NCBI RefSeq assembly: GCF_900187275.1 | Contig: NZ_LT906458.1 | Coordinates: 840,001 to 872,000 of the forward strand | Direction: 5' to 3' | Source: Pasteurella multocida | Lineage (GTDB): Bacteria > Pseudomonadota > Gammaproteobacteria > Enterobacterales > Pasteurellaceae | Length of the DNA: 32,000 nucleotides | In this document: positions 30,160 through 32,000 of the stretch, in pieces | Numbering within the stretch: the first letter of the stretch is position 1 | How the letters are laid out: every line of letters begins with the position of its first letter | Notes under the pieces: generated by a model | What the model was told of the DNA's origin: nothing | What the model saw: the letters and a program-made list of their open reading frames with translations, nothing else | The model's database searches: none | Made by a program: the position numbers and the translations under genes

Positions 30160-31296
30160 ATGATCGAAACAAAAATACAAAAAAATCAATTTAAAAAATG
30201 GTCCCGAAAATTTCGAAAAATAAGTACACTCTTTAAATACATGGTAATACTTCCAACATGTTGCTCACTCTTTTATTTTAGTTTATGGGCCTCTGATATT
30301 TATATTTCTCAATCGAGTTTTGTTGTGCGCACGCCAAAAAATCAAGCCGCATTAAGTGGTGTCGGTGCCCTCTTACAAAGCTCTGGCTTTGCTCGCGCAC
30401 AAGATGATACTTATACTGTACAAGAATTCATGCGTTCACGTTCTACGCTAGAATTATTAGAAAAAAGTATCCCTATCCGCCAGTTTTATGAGGATAAAGG
30501 TGATTTATTTAGCCGCTTTAATCCTCTAAACATTTTCTCGGAACAAGAAGCGTTTTATCAATACTTTAGTAAAAAGCTTTCTGTTAATTTTGATTCAGTA
30601 TCAGGCATTGCTACGCTCAATATCCGGGCATTCGATCCGAAAGAAGCACAACAAATTAACCAAGAATTGTTAAAACAAGGTGAATATCTTATCAATCGCC
30701 TCAATGAGCGTGCGCGAAAAGATACGGTTATGTTTGCTGAACTTGCAGTCAGTGAAGCAGAAAAAAAAGTGACAGAAACTTCTTCTGCATTAAGTAAATA
30801 CCGTATTAAAAATGGGGTATTCGATTTACAGTCTCAATCAGAAGTGCAATTGTCTTTAATTTCGACATTGCAAAATGAGCTCATTACGATTCAAACACAA
30901 TTAGACCAAGTACGTTCTATTTCACCAAATAACCCTCAAGTGCAAACATTACTTGCGCGAGCAAACAGTATCCGTAAAGAAATGCAACAACAAGTACAGC
31001 AAGTGTTAGGTGGAGGAAATTCAATTGTGACACAAACTGCAGAATATCAACGTTTAGTACTGAATAATACGCTCGCTCAGCAGCAGCTAGGTACTGCAAT
31101 AACGTCATTACAGAATGCCAGATCAGAGGCAGATCGCCAACAATTGTATTTAGAAATCATTAGTTATCCTAATGAACCCGATTTGGCCTTAGAACCTTAC
31201 CGTTTATACAATATTCTTGCTACGTTATTTATTTCTTTAATTTTATATGGCATTACTCTTCTCTTATTAGCCAGCATTCGAGAGCATAAAAATTAA
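30160..31296 (+). CDS. hexC: Capsule export inner-membrane/periplasmic adaptor (BexC/CtrB/KpsE family)
   Basis: 378 aa; N- and C-terminal TM segments; SQSSFVVRTPKNQAALSGVGALLQSSGFARAQDDTYTVQEFMRSR; coiled-coil centre. Confidence 0.93.
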   Translation: MIETKIQKNQFKKWSRKFRKISTLFKYMVILPTCCSLFYFSLWASDIYISQSSFVVRTPKNQAALSGVGALLQSSGFARAQDDTYTVQEFMRSRSTLELLEKSIPIRQFYEDKGDLFSRFNPLNIFSEQEAFYQYFSKKLSVNFDSVSGIATLNIRAFDPKEAQQINQELLKQGEYLINRLNERARKDTVMFAELAVSEAEKKVTETSSALSKYRIKNGVFDLQSQSEVQLSLISTLQNELITIQTQLDQVRSISPNNPQVQTLLARANSIRKEMQQQVQQVLGGGNSIVTQTAEYQRLVLNNTLAQQQLGTAITSLQNARSEADRQQLYLEIISYPNEPDLALEPYRLYNILATLFISLILYGITLLLLASIREHKN

Positions 31297-32000
31297 TGTT
31301 ATACGATGACCAAACTACACTAAAACACGCTTTTATCATTCAAAATAGAGTGATTGGCGCTCTCCTAATGCGAGAGATCATCACACGCTATGGCAGAAAG
31401 AACCTCGGTTTTTTATGGCTATTTGTTGAACCGCTCTTAATGACAGGGCTAATTGTGATCTTGTGGAGTACCTTCCGCGCAGATCAATTTTCTAACCTGA
31501 ATATCATGGCATTCATGATCACAGGCTACCCGTTGATGATGATGTGGCGCAATGCATCAAATAGGGCGATTGGTGCGGTTTCTGCCAATAGTACCCTACT
31601 CTATCATCGTAATGTCAGAGTGCTTGACACGTTAATTGCTAGGATGATCTTGGAAATATCCGGTGCAACCATTGCTCAAGTCGTTTTAATGAGTTTTTGT
31701 ATTGCACTGGATTGGATACCTATGCCACAGGATATTTTCTATATGCTACTTGCATGGTTTTTGATGGCGATATTTGCAATCGGATTTGGCTTTATTATTT
31801 GTTCTATATCGCATCATATTGAAGTATTCGGTAAATTGTGGGGAATACTAAGCTTTGCGATGATGCCATTATCTGGCACCTTCTTTTTTGTTTACAATCT
31901 CCCCCCACAAGCGAGAGAATATTTACTCTGGATGCCAATGATTCATGGTTCAGAAATGTTCAGACACGGGTACTTTGGTGATTCTGTTATTACACTAGAA
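31296..32000 (+). CDS. hexB: Capsule ABC transporter permease (BexB/CtrC/KpsM family), 3'-truncated by window
   Basis: Absent from the ORF track because it runs off the window. ATG at 31296 overlaps the hexC TAA by 1 nt; reads MLYDDQTTLKHAFIIQNRVIGALLMREIITRYGRKNLGFLWLFVEPLLMTGLIVILW... Confidence 0.93.
   Translation, partial: MLYDDQTTLKHAFIIQNRVIGALLMREIITRYGRKNLGFLWLFVEPLLMTGLIVILWSTFRADQFSNLNIMAFMITGYPLMMMWRNASNRAIGAVSANSTLLYHRNVRVLDTLIARMILEISGATIAQVVLMSFCIALDWIPMPQDIFYMLLAWFLMAIFAIGFGFIICSISHHIEVFGKLWGILSFAMMPLSGTFFFVYNLPPQAREYLLWMPMIHGSEMFRHGYFGDSVITLE

Noticed and set aside
30917-31108. 63-aa minus-strand ORF within hexC
   Set aside because: Antisense to the coiled-coil region of hexC; no independent support.
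1-32000. CRISPR arrays, insertion sequences, retrons, toxin-antitoxin or restriction systems
   Set aside because: No regularly spaced direct repeats, transposase, reverse transcriptase, Cas or restriction-modification motifs seen in the long ORFs.

Overview
This 32 kb window looks like Pasteurellaceae core genome followed by a group 2-type capsule locus. Content and gene order fit Pasteurella multocida serogroup A. In order: (1) the end of a YceK/YidQ-like lipoprotein gene; (2) the minus-strand operon tRNA-fMet - rimP - nusA - infB, with its promoter and terminators; (3) an L-ascorbate utilisation cluster: DeoR-type regulator and ulaG on minus, then a fused UlaA-UlaB PTS protein, ulaC and ulaD on plus, with a perfect-consensus CRP site in the divergent promoter; (4) an AT-rich segment with two orphan ORFs next to the 3' end of tmRNA (ssrA, tag ANDEQYALAA); (5) hrpA, a frameshifted DUF423 gene and a DUF441 gene; (6) the capsule locus: phyB and phyA (KpsS/KpsC-like) on minus, an A-rich divergent promoter region, then hyaE, hyaD (972-aa bifunctional hyaluronan synthase), hyaC, hyaB, hexD, hexC and a 3'-truncated hexB on plus. 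I found no clearly new multi-gene system. The best second-look items are the N-terminal half of HyaE, which resembles a degenerate sulfotransferase on a coiled-coil/membrane scaffold; the unusual phyA/hyaE intergenic region; the DUF423 frameshift, whose repaired stop overlaps the hrpA start; the incomplete ascorbate pathway; and the orphan ORFs beside ssrA.
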